DNA of 64,000 nucleotides from the NCBI GenBank assembly GCA_009103225.1, contig RHPI01002069.1, forward strand, positions 645,378 to 709,377. The letters run 5' to 3'. The DNA is from Chlorokybus atmophyticus. Taxonomy: Eukaryota > Plantae > Mesostigma and Chlorokybus algae. The translations under genes and the position numbers were made by a program. Positions 1 to 12,688 of this stretch are shown here, piece by piece (the first letter of the stretch is position 1; the number at the start of each line of letters is the position of its first letter). A model generated the notes under the pieces. That model saw only the letters and a program-made list of their open reading frames with translations. It ran no database searches and was not told the DNA's origin.

Positions 1-92
1 GCATGGATCTCTTCAGGTCTACCACCCTTCTCTATGCTCTGCCGCCAGAAATGCATAGCCGTGCGTGGGGACATGGGACGGCGCTGGCCGAC

Positions 93-1244
93 CTCACCCT
101 TTCCACCCTCGCGCATTGCCGTCAGAAGACCATCATCCGCAAACTGTGTCTGCGTTGCGCTGGTGACCAACATCTTACCCGCTCTCTGAGCCTTTGGTTG
201 CTGCTTGACTTGCACGGCACCATTGCTTGTTTTGCTTCTGGTGGCCAAGTCTGCAACCTTCGCCCTGTCAGACTCGCTTGCAGAGCTTGCCTGCTGTGTT
301 GTGTATGACTGGGTTGTGTGTGTCTTGGGCGTCCAGTCCGAAGCGCCGCCAGACACCACAGACACATCGTCATCTTCTGACATGGAGTCATCGTCAAGGT
401 CATCAAGATCTTCCAGTGGTGCATGTGTCCCAGCCTCAGTTGCCGCATAAATCTGCATGCACGAAGAAAGATTGGCAACATGTCGCCAGGCGCATGATGC
501 ATGCATTTGGTGCATTGCACAGATGGCTGAGCAGGCCGAGCAGCAGGCAATTGCATTGACAGCTTCGCAAACAGATGGTGACATTACCTCATCCACTTCA
601 TCCACATTCTCCAAAGAGCTGAGATCAGCGCAGTCTTCAGCAATGCTCTCCGAGTACACCGACATGCGGTCTGATCTGGGAAAATCGGCAGCTGGGGTGC
701 GATGTTGCTTGCGTTTGATAGCAGCAGCCAGCGCTACATTGGCTGCATTGAAGCGAGGGGAGGAGGGAGTGGATGACTTGGCTGATGACGAGGCGTCATA
801 GTGTGCGGCGGTGCGCGGTGCAACTTCGGGCTGGAGATCGGTGTCCAGCGAATGTGCCAGGCTGGACTTGCTGGAGGTGCGACTGGGAGCGATGATGCCG
901 CTCTTGCCGGCCGAAGAGTCTAGGCTGTACAGGCTGTTGCTGCTGCCAAAACGGGCATCCTTGCGAAAGCCCTGACCTTTGGCTAGGGAGATCTTGGTGG
1001 TGGTGACGGCGACTTCCTTGGCAGGCTTCTCCACGGCATCCAGGAGCACCTTGTGCCCGTCCATCTTCGTGGCGGCGACGTCGTCCGAGCCATACTCCCT
1101 GCGGACCTTCGCAGCCCGCCTTGCAGGAGCTTTGACAGGGCCGCCCTCAGAAGAAGAGGCCGATCTCACCGACGCCATTGAGGTGGACCTACCGCCGGCG
1201 CTTCCGGCGTACGACGGCAGCGTCCGCTTGCTCTCTACCAACAT
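93..1244 (-). CDS. Uncharacterised Ser/Asp-rich low-complexity protein; may continue beyond the window start
   Basis: Hand translation gives an open frame from ATG 1244 to TGA 95..93 (MLVESKRTLPSYAG...DDDSMSEDDD...REGGKG). It contains a probable in-frame intron at 587..453 (GAG|GTAATG...TGCAG|ATT). A GG|GTGAG donor at the stop could extend the gene leftwards. No domain recognised; this frame is absent from the ORF track. Confidence 0.6.
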
Positions 1245-2255
1245 TCCCACGATGTAGGCGCTTGCTTGCTTCGCCGCCGTCCGTATAGGTGAATGCCGGC
1301 GCTGATGGTCAGGTGTGCCTCGCCGCGGCCATGCTGCAGCTAGGCACCGGCTTCCAGCCTCAATGTAAGCCGGCAACGAAGCCTACTCCCTCTGCAATGC
1401 AATGCCGCATGTCAGCAAACACGTTTGTAACACAGCATTGACGAGAAAGGCACCGTAAACCCCAAGACCAACCCACGACATCAGCCAACTCCTCATGCAG
1501 CTCGGATCTAGCTCTAGCGACCTAGAGCTACGTCAGTGTACCATCAGTCAGCAGGTAGGCAAAAAAGATTTCGCAATGCATGCGCTTACCACTTCGACTG
1601 CAGCTTCGTCGGGACGTCCGCCGGACGCCTACTGCTCCATCGCCTTCTTCGCCGCCGCTTGCGCCGCCGCCGGGACCGCCTGTCGCCTCACCCCGCCACC
1701 GCGTGCACTGGGGTCAGTGCAATGCGCTGGATTACTACCAGTGTGAACGCGTACACTGACTGACTGGAGGACAATGCGTAGGTAATGTGTAGGTGATTAT
1801 ACCGTGCAGAATGCACCGCGTAGATGGCGGGGAAATGAGGGTGCCATCTCGTGAACTAGCAAGGGGGGATGGACACCAGAACCAAACCCTAGTCAGGGTA
1901 TGGCTGCGACCAATGCGTTAGCTAACGTTGTGAGTGTCCAGGGGGTGCTCGCTCGGAGGAAGAATTTGGGGATCGGCGTCGCCCCTCTGCGGTGGCACTC
2001 CCCCTCACATGCTCACGTTCGTGCAACGCGCCGTAACACGGGCGGGCTCATGATAACAGCTGCTTTTTGGGGGTTTGCCGGGGTTTTCTTGCCGTTCCTT
2101 GCCGCGTTTCTGCAAGGACAGGAAACCCCAGAATCCCCTCCGCGATGCTACGGATTCCCTCCAGTTTTAGGGATCGATTCGCGAACGGAGCCTTTTGTGC
2201 GCCAGCCCATTTTGCCGGGGTCTCGGTTGTTATGCATGTAGGCCTGTTGAGGCCT

Positions 2256-2293
2256 ATTGAGCTGCTCCCGGCAGCTGCCGGGAGCAGCTCAAT
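2256..2293. repeat. 38-bp perfect spacer-less palindrome
   Basis: ATTGAGCTGCTCCCGGCAG|CTGCCGGGAGCAGCTCAAT, read directly from the sequence. Confidence 0.97.
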
Positions 2294-5020
2294 GAATCCT
2301 GCTCCCGGAACGACACAGTCCATCCATGCATTGAGTCGCAGCAGACTGACAGTCTACGTGCCAAGTACACAAAATTGCTAGGGGCGAGAATACAGCCGTA
2401 CTGTTGCGACCCTGACACCCCTGTACTGGTCACCGCGATGCCAATACATAGAGGAGAGGCCGGTGCCGTTTGCAAGTAAGCGCTGTTTAGCCGGTTCAGG
2501 CTATGTCGCTTGCCGAGTGCCAGCCGGCTGGCTTCTGCACAAGTCCCAACAGATTAGACTCTGTAGGGCGGGTGTAAACCGGACAGGTTGTCTGATAGTG
2601 CGGCCTACTCAAGAAGAAGGCCGTTAGTTACGGCGCAACTCTCTGTCTGACAACTGCTATGGAGCGTACGATGCCACGTGATGATGAAACGGAAAAGTGC
2701 AAAATGCCAACGGGACACGGGAGAAGAGGAATCCGTCAGCGCGATCCGTGCTCGCAATATCGGACATCCAAAGTTGCCATGTGGCGTAATGAATTTCTTG
2801 GGTATGTGCATGTTTGTTGGCAATAGATTATGTATTGGCAATGTGAACTCCACATGTGCCATTACTGAGCAGTGCATGACGGGTTAGTGTCGGTTGTTAT
2901 AGAAACAATCGTAATCCATTTAAATCGCTTACTCGTGTATGCTTAATTAAGCAAACAATTTCGAAAATACCATTATCTTTAAGGGTATGAGACGTATTTA
3001 AGTATATTGATGATTAATACTTATATGATTATAAGCATGTAAGAAGCTTATGATATATAGACAATGTAACAACTTGACAACATGCATGTTTTTCCCTGCT
3101 GATGCATGCTTGTTGCGTGGCGAACGCTACGTTGATGTTATATATACATATATTTAATTAATAAAACATATATGCTTGGTCATTGCAATTGCGGAAGCCA
3201 ATTGACCTCACGTGACGCCGCATGCGGCATGTGGGTCCTTGTTAGCGGTTGGGTGGGTGGCTGCAGGGGTCGGTTAATAGGTATATACATTTGCCCCACC
3301 ATTTTTGGTCGAAGGGCTTTTAACCAGGGGCTTTTATACGGGTAAGCCAACATGTCACACTCATACATACATGCAAGTCATAAACATTTCACCATTAAGT
3401 CAAAGTCAACCATCAAGCGAATATGGCTGCTACGCGCATGCACATGCTTGATGCTACACCATCATGCATCATGGCCTCTACCTCGGCATACATGCCACCT
3501 TTTTGGTATATGCAAGGAGAAGTGTGCGCAGTAAATATGAGGTAATCTGCAACGCAAGTAAAGAAGCTTAATGCCTCGTTTCTCCATTTGATGTGTATGT
3601 CTGTGCTCACGCAATGTATTGCACATATGCGTCCCCCCCCCTTTCCCTTTTGCAGAACAGCATTGAGATTCTATACCAATAGTATCGTGTGCTGACGTGG
3701 CCGACTTGCCATAATGTTAATCAACAGCTTTTTAATTGTCATTTACATTGGCATGACAGACAATGGTTGCACTAGGAAAACTTCATCAGTGCATTAAAGG
3801 CAATTCCAAGCCAGCAGCAAGCATTGATGATGTGGGGGCCAAGATAGAGTTCAAGACCACTACACATAAATTAGACACCTAGACCTAATTGCCGGCATGC
3901 ACAACACAACATCCCTAATCGGAACCATACGAAACCGATTGAACCTCACAACTCTATGCTGCTTGTCTCAATTTTATCATATTGTTGACTGGTTGCAAAC
4001 CGCGACTTGTGACAACTCACAACACCGCATTGCCAGGCCTATGATAAACACGGTATTTATGTGACACTCTGTTGGCAGTGTAGGCTCACGAGTCGACAGT
4101 CATTAATCAGCAGCTGTGCTGGTCTAAAATGTTACCTTGTGTTACACCGTGTTCAAAATGCATATGAACCAATTGCACGAGCACGCCTGCCAAACACTGC
4201 GCAACTTAACACTTAGTCCACCTTAACACAATATTGTAACACGAGATGAATAAGTGCCTGTTGGCAGCCATCAAAACATATCACGACACCTACACGGCGC
4301 TTTCTTGGCTCACTATGGCGCTGCTTGTACGGATGAGGTGGCACTAGTACTATATTTGCCACCACCCTTCCTGCCAACTTCAGAGTCATATTTTACCGCT
4401 AAACACCAACCATTTACATAGCAATGCAAGGCATGGCCGCCTCTGTAACAAGTCTTCAAGCAAAGCTGATGAACCTGTGACACTCAACCTGAACACAATT
4501 CGATCGAGCAAGCTTTGTACAAGAGCTGCGTTCTTTGAAATGCAATGGATGTGTCCACTCACTAGCCATCCTCTCTTGGAGTCCTTGACGGTGCACATTG
4601 TACCAGGAATGGCGCAGGCGCCTAGTAGAGGCGCAGGTATGGAGCGGCTGCCATGCCACATGGCCTTCAGCAGCTGCCCAAGGGCACGCGTATTGAGCGC
4701 CTCGTCCTGGCCAATCCAATGCTGACCGACATGTGTACTGAACACAATGCTGCTGATGTCCAATAGGGCAGCATGAGCATGGAGCACTTGCAACAGTGAC
4801 CTGCGAACAGTCACGTGACTTGAGAATCACGCTAGTCAATGCACACATGTACAAACGCCCTGAGCCGACGAGATGTTCACACATGCAAAGACGCTCGGTT
4901 AGCAATTTTCTTGGCTGCTGAGGCTGTGTCAAGGTAAAGGGCAGGGTGGTACCTGTGGAGCATCACTCAGTTGGCGCCTACTCCATGAGACCTTCAGCCT
5001 GCGTTGTAAGTCTTCTTGCT

Positions 5021-6093
5021 TCACACTTTCTCTTTCTGCAATGACCTTATTGCCTGCTTGAAACGCTTCATTTCCTGTGAACGAGTGCCATAAACACTGC
5101 CAATCTGCTCCGTGCAACACCTGCCAGGTACCGATGAGTGCATTGAACACACCTGCTGTTTTCTTTAGGATAAACTTGATGCTACATTCCAAGCATAGTC
5201 ACAGGCGTCTAGTAAGCAGCTACCTGCAGGCGAATGCCGCAAGTTCCTTTTCGGATACACCAAACATGTCTTCCCAAACATCTGGCTCCACTCGGCAGAA
5301 ACGCGGCCTGTCTATGCAACATGCTCATCAATTACATACGAGTTTATGATCACAAGACATTGCAGCAAAAACCTTTCTTAAATGTACCATCGTAGATACG
5401 GCAAGTTCGTGACTGTTTGTCGAAGTTGATGCACCAGCCGTCATCGCCAACCATACTAAGGTACAGCTGCAAAAGTATAAGTTACTCAGTAGCAGTAAAA
5501 GCGTGCGTCGTACGGCTCACCAAGTCCCGTTGCACGCAGGCATTGTAGTTATGCAACACATGCCTGCTTAGCCACATTCCAGGGCTACATCTACATCTTC
5601 AATTCAACGCTGCAGTCGCAACTTGTTCCGTAAAAGCCATCACTGCCATTCAACTCCCTGCCAGTTCAAACGCTACAACACAATAGCTATACCTAGCTGA
5701 GTTTGAATTCAACTGGTAGCAACCTATGCAAAGTGAAATGTGCACAACATGCACTAGCCGACGCCACACATTGCTCAGTTCCGGCTGCTCTGCCCCAAAC
5801 ACACTTACCTCCAGCTCCGCCGGGTTGCGCAGGTACTTGTCCAAGTCGGGCCTTTCTGCCGGGTCCAGATTGCAGCAAGCGCCGCACTGCTTGATGCAAG
5901 CCCAGCGCCCCACCTTCTTGTGCACCTCTGCAGCCCCAGACGCCCCGGCCGCCGGCGTCCGCTTGCCGGCATTGCGAGGAGAAGGGCCCGCAGCAGCAGT
6001 GTACACCCATCTCGCTCCTCTCCACCTGGCCGCAGACGCCGCCCCGCTCCCAGCCAACCCCGCCACCACCACCGCCGCCGCCGCCGCCGCCAT
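5021..6093 (-). CDS. YkgJ-family (CxxCxxCC) putative zinc/iron-chelating protein, ~183 aa, probable organellar transit peptide
   Basis: Exons 6093-5809, 5466-5388, 5311-5224 and 5120-5021 join in frame with GT-AG sites. Translation WACIKQCGACCNLDPAERPDL...GWCINFDKQSRTCRIYDDRPRFCR...CCTEQIGSVYG matches the cyanobacterial/plant YkgJ pattern. N-terminus is Ala/Arg-rich. Confidence 0.88.
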
Positions 6094-6163
6094 CCCCAAC
6101 TGCTATGCAGTGTAGTGTGCACACGGTGCAGTGGTAAATATCAGCAATGCGAGCTGGCGCAAA

Positions 6164-8228
6164 ATGGCGCGAGACTGGCACGGCGACAACGGCGTCGGCG
6201 GCGGCAACGGGGTACGGGTGGGGCTAGTGAATGCTCCAGGGGTCGCTCGTCATGGTAGCGTTGCCAGCAGTGAGCCAGGACAACCAGCTTGGGTGCGGAG
6301 ACAAGGAGGAGGAGATGACCCTCTGGCCATGGTGGCCCACGACGCCCGCTCCCCGCGCAACGAGTATGCCTTCGAGGCGCCGGCGGTGCTGGTCAAGGCG
6401 CTTGCGCCAATGCTGGCAGACAAGCGGGACGAGGTGCGTGCGTGTGCGTGTGCGTGTGGTCGTGCGTGTATTCTCGCACGTGCACATGCACACGCACTTG
6501 ACATGCTGGTCAACAAGCGCGTGCGCATCTGTGTGCATGCGCGTGTGGACGCGTGCGAGAATGTGCGCGCTCGTCTATCACAAACAAGCAGGAGAAACCG
6601 AACTGCGTGTGAGTTCTGCGTGCGCTTCCCAAGATGAATGCAATTCGCAAAGGGGTTCATGCGAGCGGGTGTGTGTGCGCGCGCGTGGATGACCGCGTGT
6701 GCGTGTGGTTCTGCATGTATGGTCACTTTGCAGAGCTGCCGCACTAATCATGCATTTTACAAGCTAGCCCAGGGAGTCAAACAACAGCACTGTCCAGTTG
6801 GCTGCAAATGTCCTGTCATGTTAGTAGTTCATTGCAGGTGCACCTCTAACTCCACTCCTCCGCAGGTGATGCTCCACCTGTTGCTGAACATCTGCCTAGT
6901 GACTGTGTCCTCCGCCTTGGCCCTGTATTTCCTTCTCCCCGCATCACACGTGCTGGGGGCGGCGCACCTGTCCGCGACGCTCGGACTATTCCTACAGCGT
7001 TTCATCTTGTGGCTGCACTACAGCGAGCACCGACGCACTTTTACTGGGAAGGGTTACCTGCCGCGTGTGCTCAACATGCTGCCGTCCATGGCACTCTGCG
7101 CACTGTTTGGCATACCGCCGGGGATGTATAGACTACATCACATTGTCATGCATCACGCGGAGAACAACATGTTCCCATATGACGTGTCCTCCACTGAACC
7201 GTACCAGGTGGGACGGTGTTGACATGACAATGTCTTGTGCGTGCGCATGACGTTCGCACACAACACTTGCGGCTGGTTGGTACTGCAAGTCGGTACTCCA
7301 ATTATGCAGTGGGAGCATGTCGAGATAATCCCTCTGCATCCATAAGTACACGCACACAGATAGAGGCATACGCACACCCACATGCNNNNNNNNNNNNNNN
7401 NNNNNNNNNNNNNNNNNNNNNNNNNNNNNNNNNNNNNNNNNNNNNNNNNNNNNNNNNNNNNNNNNNNNNNNNNNNNNNNNNNNNNNNNNNNNNNNNNNNN
7501 NNNNNNNNNNNNCGCACGTGCGCGCGCGCACCCCCACACCACCCCCACACACGCACACGCACAGAAGCTTCTTGCTGATCAGGGCTGACTGTTGCTGTGT
7601 GTGATGTGCTGCTGCGGTGCAGAGGGACAGCTTCGCACAGTTCTTGTTGTACTGGGTTCGTTACTGGGCGGCGTTGTGGGTGGAGCTGCCATGCTACGCG
7701 TTGAGGCGGAAGCGGTACGCATACTTCTTCCAGAGCTCATTGTGCATCAGCGGTTACGCTGTTGGCGTGTCATGGCTCTACCGGCGACACCCCACGCAGA
7801 CGCTGTGGGTGTTCATGTTGCCCTTTGTGGCGGCCTCCCTCGCGATGATGTTCGGCAACTGGAGCCAACACATATTCATCGACGGTAAGCGGCCCCGCAA
7901 CAACTACGCCCTCACGTACAACTGCATCAACGCCGCGGACAACCTGCGTAGCTTCAACGACGGGTACCACGTCGTCCACCACGTCAACTCCAAGCTGCAC
8001 TGGTCTGAGCTACCTGCGAAGTTCGTGGACACGCTTGACAAGCATGCTGAAGAAGGCGCACTCGTGTTTGAGGGTGTCGGATTCTTTGATGTTGGGTTCC
8101 TTGTGTTCACGCGCCAGCTGGACAAGCTTGCAGCAAGGATAGTCCAACTTGGACACCGCAAGCGCACGCACGAGGAGTTGGTGAGGCTGCTTGAAGAGAG
8201 GTTGAAACCGGTCGCGCAGTCTAGGTGA
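6164..8228 (+). CDS. Membrane fatty-acid-desaturase-like protein (His-box superfamily), ~405 aa; substrate unknown
   Basis: Exons 6164-6433, 6866-7207 and 7623-8228 join in frame. His boxes HYSEH, HHIVMHH and HVVHH plus NWSQH; hydrophobic segments lie between the boxes. Confidence 0.9.
7386..7512. other. Assembly gap (127 N) inside desaturase intron 2
   Basis: N run flanked by CA/GC-rich microsatellite-like sequence. Confidence 0.99.
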
Positions 8229-8728
8229 CACGCGAACATGTGGGCACGCAGGCGTGTTTGAGAGACTGCTGTCTGCATGTAGAGGTGATCTGAAAACTAG
8301 CACCGGCTTGTGTAGTAGTTGAGGGTATTTATATGTACTGTAGGTAAGGATGTACAAGCACAAATTGATCATCGTAGCACGCACCCTGTAAACATAAGTG
8401 TGCACTGTTAAATAGCCTCTGCCTGCACAATGCTGCTTCAATCATACAAGTGCGAGTAAGCATAGTACAGCTGGCACCACAGCTGGCAATGTGAACAGGT
8501 GTTCTCAAAGTTTATGACTTTTAACCCTGTACTATTACAACCTCAAAAACTAGCGAGCAATCTATACAACTGCGGACCCTAAAAAGCGACATAGAGAGGG
8601 TGAGAATGGCTGAACAAACCAACTGCAAAGCAAACAGGCAGTGTGCTTCTGAGCCACCGGCACTGATCTTGTTGTGTGTTTGTTTGTGGCTTGCCTCCGG
8701 TTCCACCCTCTCTCTTCGCCCTCAGTCA

Positions 8729-9176
8729 TCAGTCTTTGTGGTACGCCACCTTAGCGGACTGTATGTGGTGCCACAAGTACCGGCCTGTGGCCATGTCCAG
8801 CACCAAAAGCAGTGTGCTCCGTAACCTGCTGCCATAACCCTGCAAGAACAATCAAACACCCGTCACTGCTGAACTTAGGCAAGCATACACAAAAGCATGT
8901 ATACAACTTAGATACAAGCAGTACCAACAACAATTGCCAGAAGCAAGCTGCTCCCCGCTTAACGGACTGACGGACTACTTGACGGACTGACTGCATTCAT
9001 GCCTGCCGGCTGACCTTATGGATGGAATTGCCGTCGATGACGTCCACGTGGTTAACTGCGGTAGACTTGGACCCCTTGGTCGTCTCCTCTTCCCCCAAAT
9101 CCCAGTGCCTCCACACCAGGAAGGACGCCACCGCCGCCGACACCACCACCAGCAGCACCCTCATGGGGCACACCAT
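8729..9176 (-). CDS. Small (90 aa) membrane protein of the plant MCPLR...DMASGRYLW family
   Basis: Exon 9176-9015 (MVCPMRVLLVVVSAAVASFLVWRH...HK) joins exon 8839-8729 (GYGSRLRSTLLLVLDMATGRYLWHHIQ...KD*) at phase 0 via GT-AG. Both remembered family motifs are present. Confidence 0.82.
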
Positions 9177-9860
9177 CTCGTTACCCCTCCTCCCACTCTC
9201 TCTCAGCAACAGTCTGATTGCGTCATGCCAACCGGTATGTGACACCCACAGAGAGCGACCGCCGCCTACCTCCTCCTCCTCATCGTCGTCCTGGCCGTCC
9301 TCGTCCACTACTACCTCCTGCACCTTTTTTTGGGCTGCCGCATCCCGTGCGTAAGCAGCTGTATCTCAGACACGTCGCCTCCGCGTTACGCAATTGATGA
9401 CGGACCCTTGTTGTTGTCGAAAGCCACGTGGCTGGCTCTCACCTCGTGAATCATACTCTTGGCCATGTCATCATGACATTGACATGCCATCATGATGACT
9501 CTGGCACGGAGGAAGCTAACACAGTGTAGTGGCAGTCTGCCACTACACTGTATAAGCCACTGGCAGTAATGACTGCCGCTCTCTAAGCATATTTGTGGCT
9601 TGCAATTGAGAATGGGCTGCTCGAGCCTCAGCTTAGCAAAGTCTGTGCTATTGGCGGGCACACGCTGGCGCGTGACGGCGTGACGCTTGGGCGACGCGGG
9701 CGCGTGTCTCGGCCGGCGCCATGTGCCGGCGTAACTCGCACGTTACGTGACGCAGGGGGTGTTGTCGGCGGTGGTAGCGGCGGTGTTGGGGAGAAGGTTG
9801 GTTATCCAGTGTCGTGGTGATGTTGCTCAAGCTGTGCTCCACGGGGATCCTGCTTCTGCA

Positions 9861-11667
9861 ATGACTGTCGGCGCCGGCGGTGGTGGTTGCGAAAGCACCA
9901 GCTGGAAGGCGCCTGCAGTTGGCTTCCTGCGCTGGGTGGCGCTCTCCTGCGCTGTAGCCGCCATTGCAGGTGGGTTGCTTGGTTTATCCATACGAACGTT
10001 ATTTGGGGTACGTTGGTAAAATGGGCTTGCTGTCGATATTGACTGATGAAAGTGGTCTACAAGCCGATGCCGGTGGAGTACACAGTGGTATGTCGGGCAG
10101 TCAGTACCTTACCAGGCAAGACTCTCATCCTTCAGTTTGTTTGAGTCTCGTGTCTTCAAGGCTTTGCAAACGCCTGTTGTGGTCACTTGGCTAGAAAGGA
10201 CCTTCCCATGCTAGCAAGTAGTAGGTGGTACGCAGCTGTTGTGCAAAGCCCCAGGGACAGTTTATGGTTGTTGGGTTTTTGGCTCTCACACTCTCAGAGC
10301 ATAGCTGTTAAACTTTGTCGTCTGCTGCTTGTTTGAAAATTCAGTGCTTGTATTTGTGCTGTTCAAATCAAATCACAGCTGCGCTGAGTGACCAACCAGC
10401 GAGCAAGAGTGCCACTGCGCATGTTCATATGCAGTTTCAGGTTGTCTTTCTGGGTTGCTTGTTACGATATGAAAATGTTAATGTTGAACTACTGCTGTAT
10501 GTGCAGGAGCTTACTACTGGGCTGAGGTGGATGCGCGCGGCGTGCTGAACTGGTGTCTCATCAGCATCAAGGAGGCGGGCTACTGGGGTCCTTTGCTACT
10601 CAGCATTGCACACACTGTTGCCGTGGTCGCATGTTTCCCAGGGTCCATACTGTTTGAGATTGCTGCAGGTTGGTTGACTGTGCTGTGTGCCAGCTTTGCT
10701 CCATGCATGCCTGCATTGGTTCAAACCTTCTTGTTGTTGTTTTGCAGGGTATTTCTATGGCTTGGTTTGGGGTGTGGCTGTCGTTGCAGTCTCAAAGACA
10801 GTAGCAGCGTGCATAACGTTTGTGCTAGCCAGGTGGGTTGTTACTATGGCTTTTGTGGACTGGAGCAGGTGGTGGTTATTTACATGTTGCTGAACCAATA
10901 TTTGTTTCCGTGCGCCTTGCAGAACGCTATTGCAGCGCTGGGTTCGAGCACGCGTGTCCAAGTCTCAGCGTTTTGAGCAGATTTATGATGGCGTTTCGCG
11001 CGACGGATGGAAGTTTGTTCTGCTGGCGCGCTTGTCGGTGCTGCCGTCGTCGCTCGTCAACTATGGAGTGGCACTGACTGGGGTAAGCACACTTTCACAT
11101 GCGTGGAACATGTTGGCAAGAAGCAACAGCAGTGTTAATTTGGGGTTGTGTTACAACAGATCTCCGTGAAGGGTTACGTGTTTGCGACCGCCTTGGGAGC
11201 GCTCCCAATGGTGTGTCAGAATGTGTACATTGGAACGACGGTGACGTCTTTGACTGCTGATACGGATGCAGTTGGCAGCGGTAACCAAGGTGAGTCATTG
11301 GTGCCTAATGCATGCAACAAGGATGGCTTGCCAACGTTTTCGTCGGCCAACCGCTGTTGTGTCTGTAGTCACAGGCAAGGTGATGTTGGCTGTGAGCTGC
11401 ATTGGCTTCTTCATCATTATGCGCAAGGTGGGCATGTTGTTGTTGTCATGTCGCGCAGCTTTATTACCACCTCATTCGTTGGGCTTTCCTGGTTCCTGCT
11501 GCTCTATGCTTAGCATAGTTTTGCTGCTAACCTCTTGTTTTGGCTAACAGGTTAGTACATACTTTAGTGCGTCTGCCGGAGTGGTCGCGCCGGAAGAGAA
11601 GGTTAACGCGGCTACAGGCAATGGTCATGCGCACAGCCACAAAGCATTGAATGGCAAATTGCAATAA
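9861..11667 (+). CDS. TVP38: TVP38/TMEM64-like SNARE-associated Golgi (VTT domain) membrane protein
   Basis: Seven exons spliced in frame: FPGSILFEIAAGYFYG..., DGWKFVLLARLSVLPSSLVNYGVALTG, YVFATALGALP..NVYIG. Ends at TAA 11665-11667. Confidence 0.88.
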
Positions 11668-12688
11668 GCGCGGCAAAGACTTAGCACTGCTCGTGCTATC
11701 TACGCGTGCTACACTACGAGTCATAGACCAATCGCACCGTTAAGTGTGCAGAGTTTTGTTAGTGTCACTGTAGCGAGTTTAATACACAAGGACCAGCCAG
11801 CGCGCTGTGTTGCTGTAGAGCTGGCTCAGCCCATGTTAGGTGTATCGGCCAGATTTGCCCATCGTGGCCCACAGTTTTTCGCTTTCCAAGTGTCATAAGG
11901 TGTAATAAGACGGGCAGGTTGTGGTAAGCCACTTGTGGTTGCTCAGGTGTATCTATTGCTTCAGCCTTACCAGATGACAATACTGTGCTTATGCATATGC
12001 TGTGCGTGCACACAAGCCAAAGGGCAGGCTCAAGTCCCATGTATGTGCTATGCATTGCATCATGCGCACACAGTAAGCGCTTAGGAGATTGTTATGCTTC
12101 AGATTGTTGTTTGAGCAGCAGAAAGCGAGCAACTGGTTTATCGTATTTCAGAAGCTGACAAAACTCAATCTATATCCGGTTACACTACAGCCCTCCACTC
12201 TGCGTACATCACAGCTCCCAGTCGCTCGCTACCACACACACTAGCGTGGCATCACTCATCATCACACAGCACCACACACAGTAATGTCCTACACCGGCCA
12301 CACCAGCCATCCAGCGCAGCACTCAGTGCGCCCACTGCTTGGTCCTCGTCACCTGCATGGTCCTCCCGGCAGGATGGGAGCATGTTGACAGACGCGGTCC
12401 AACTTTCTCTTGCTATCTCAATTGCAACCTCGGCGAGACATGTAATAAGTGACAATAGCATATGACTGTGCATGCATCATGCGCCAGATGTTTCATGCAT
12501 GTATGCTGGTACCACACTCAATCGCATGGGTATGGAGCGCGCGTGATGCAAAAAATCACCATCCAATCTGCAGTTACCAATGTTATGTATGCACACTTCT
12601 GCATACGCCTGCTACGCACATTGTATCAATGAGGCTAGCAGCTGCCAATCACTATATGTCTACAGAAAAAGCAAACCAACCCACAACA

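Noticed and set aside
1939-2423. hAT/MITE with CAGGGG(G)TG...CACCCCTG termini
   Set aside because: The inverted match is only ~8 bp and the 8-bp flanks (TGAGTGTC versus TACTGGTC) do not form a TSD.
2596-2826. RT-like peptide ending EFLGYVHV
   Set aside because: Single short motif, with no YxDD at a plausible distance.
4386-4932. 142- and 158-aa minus-strand ORFs
   Set aside because: No recognisable motif or consistent splice sites. They lie downstream of the YkgJ stop and are probably 3' UTR or chance ORFs.
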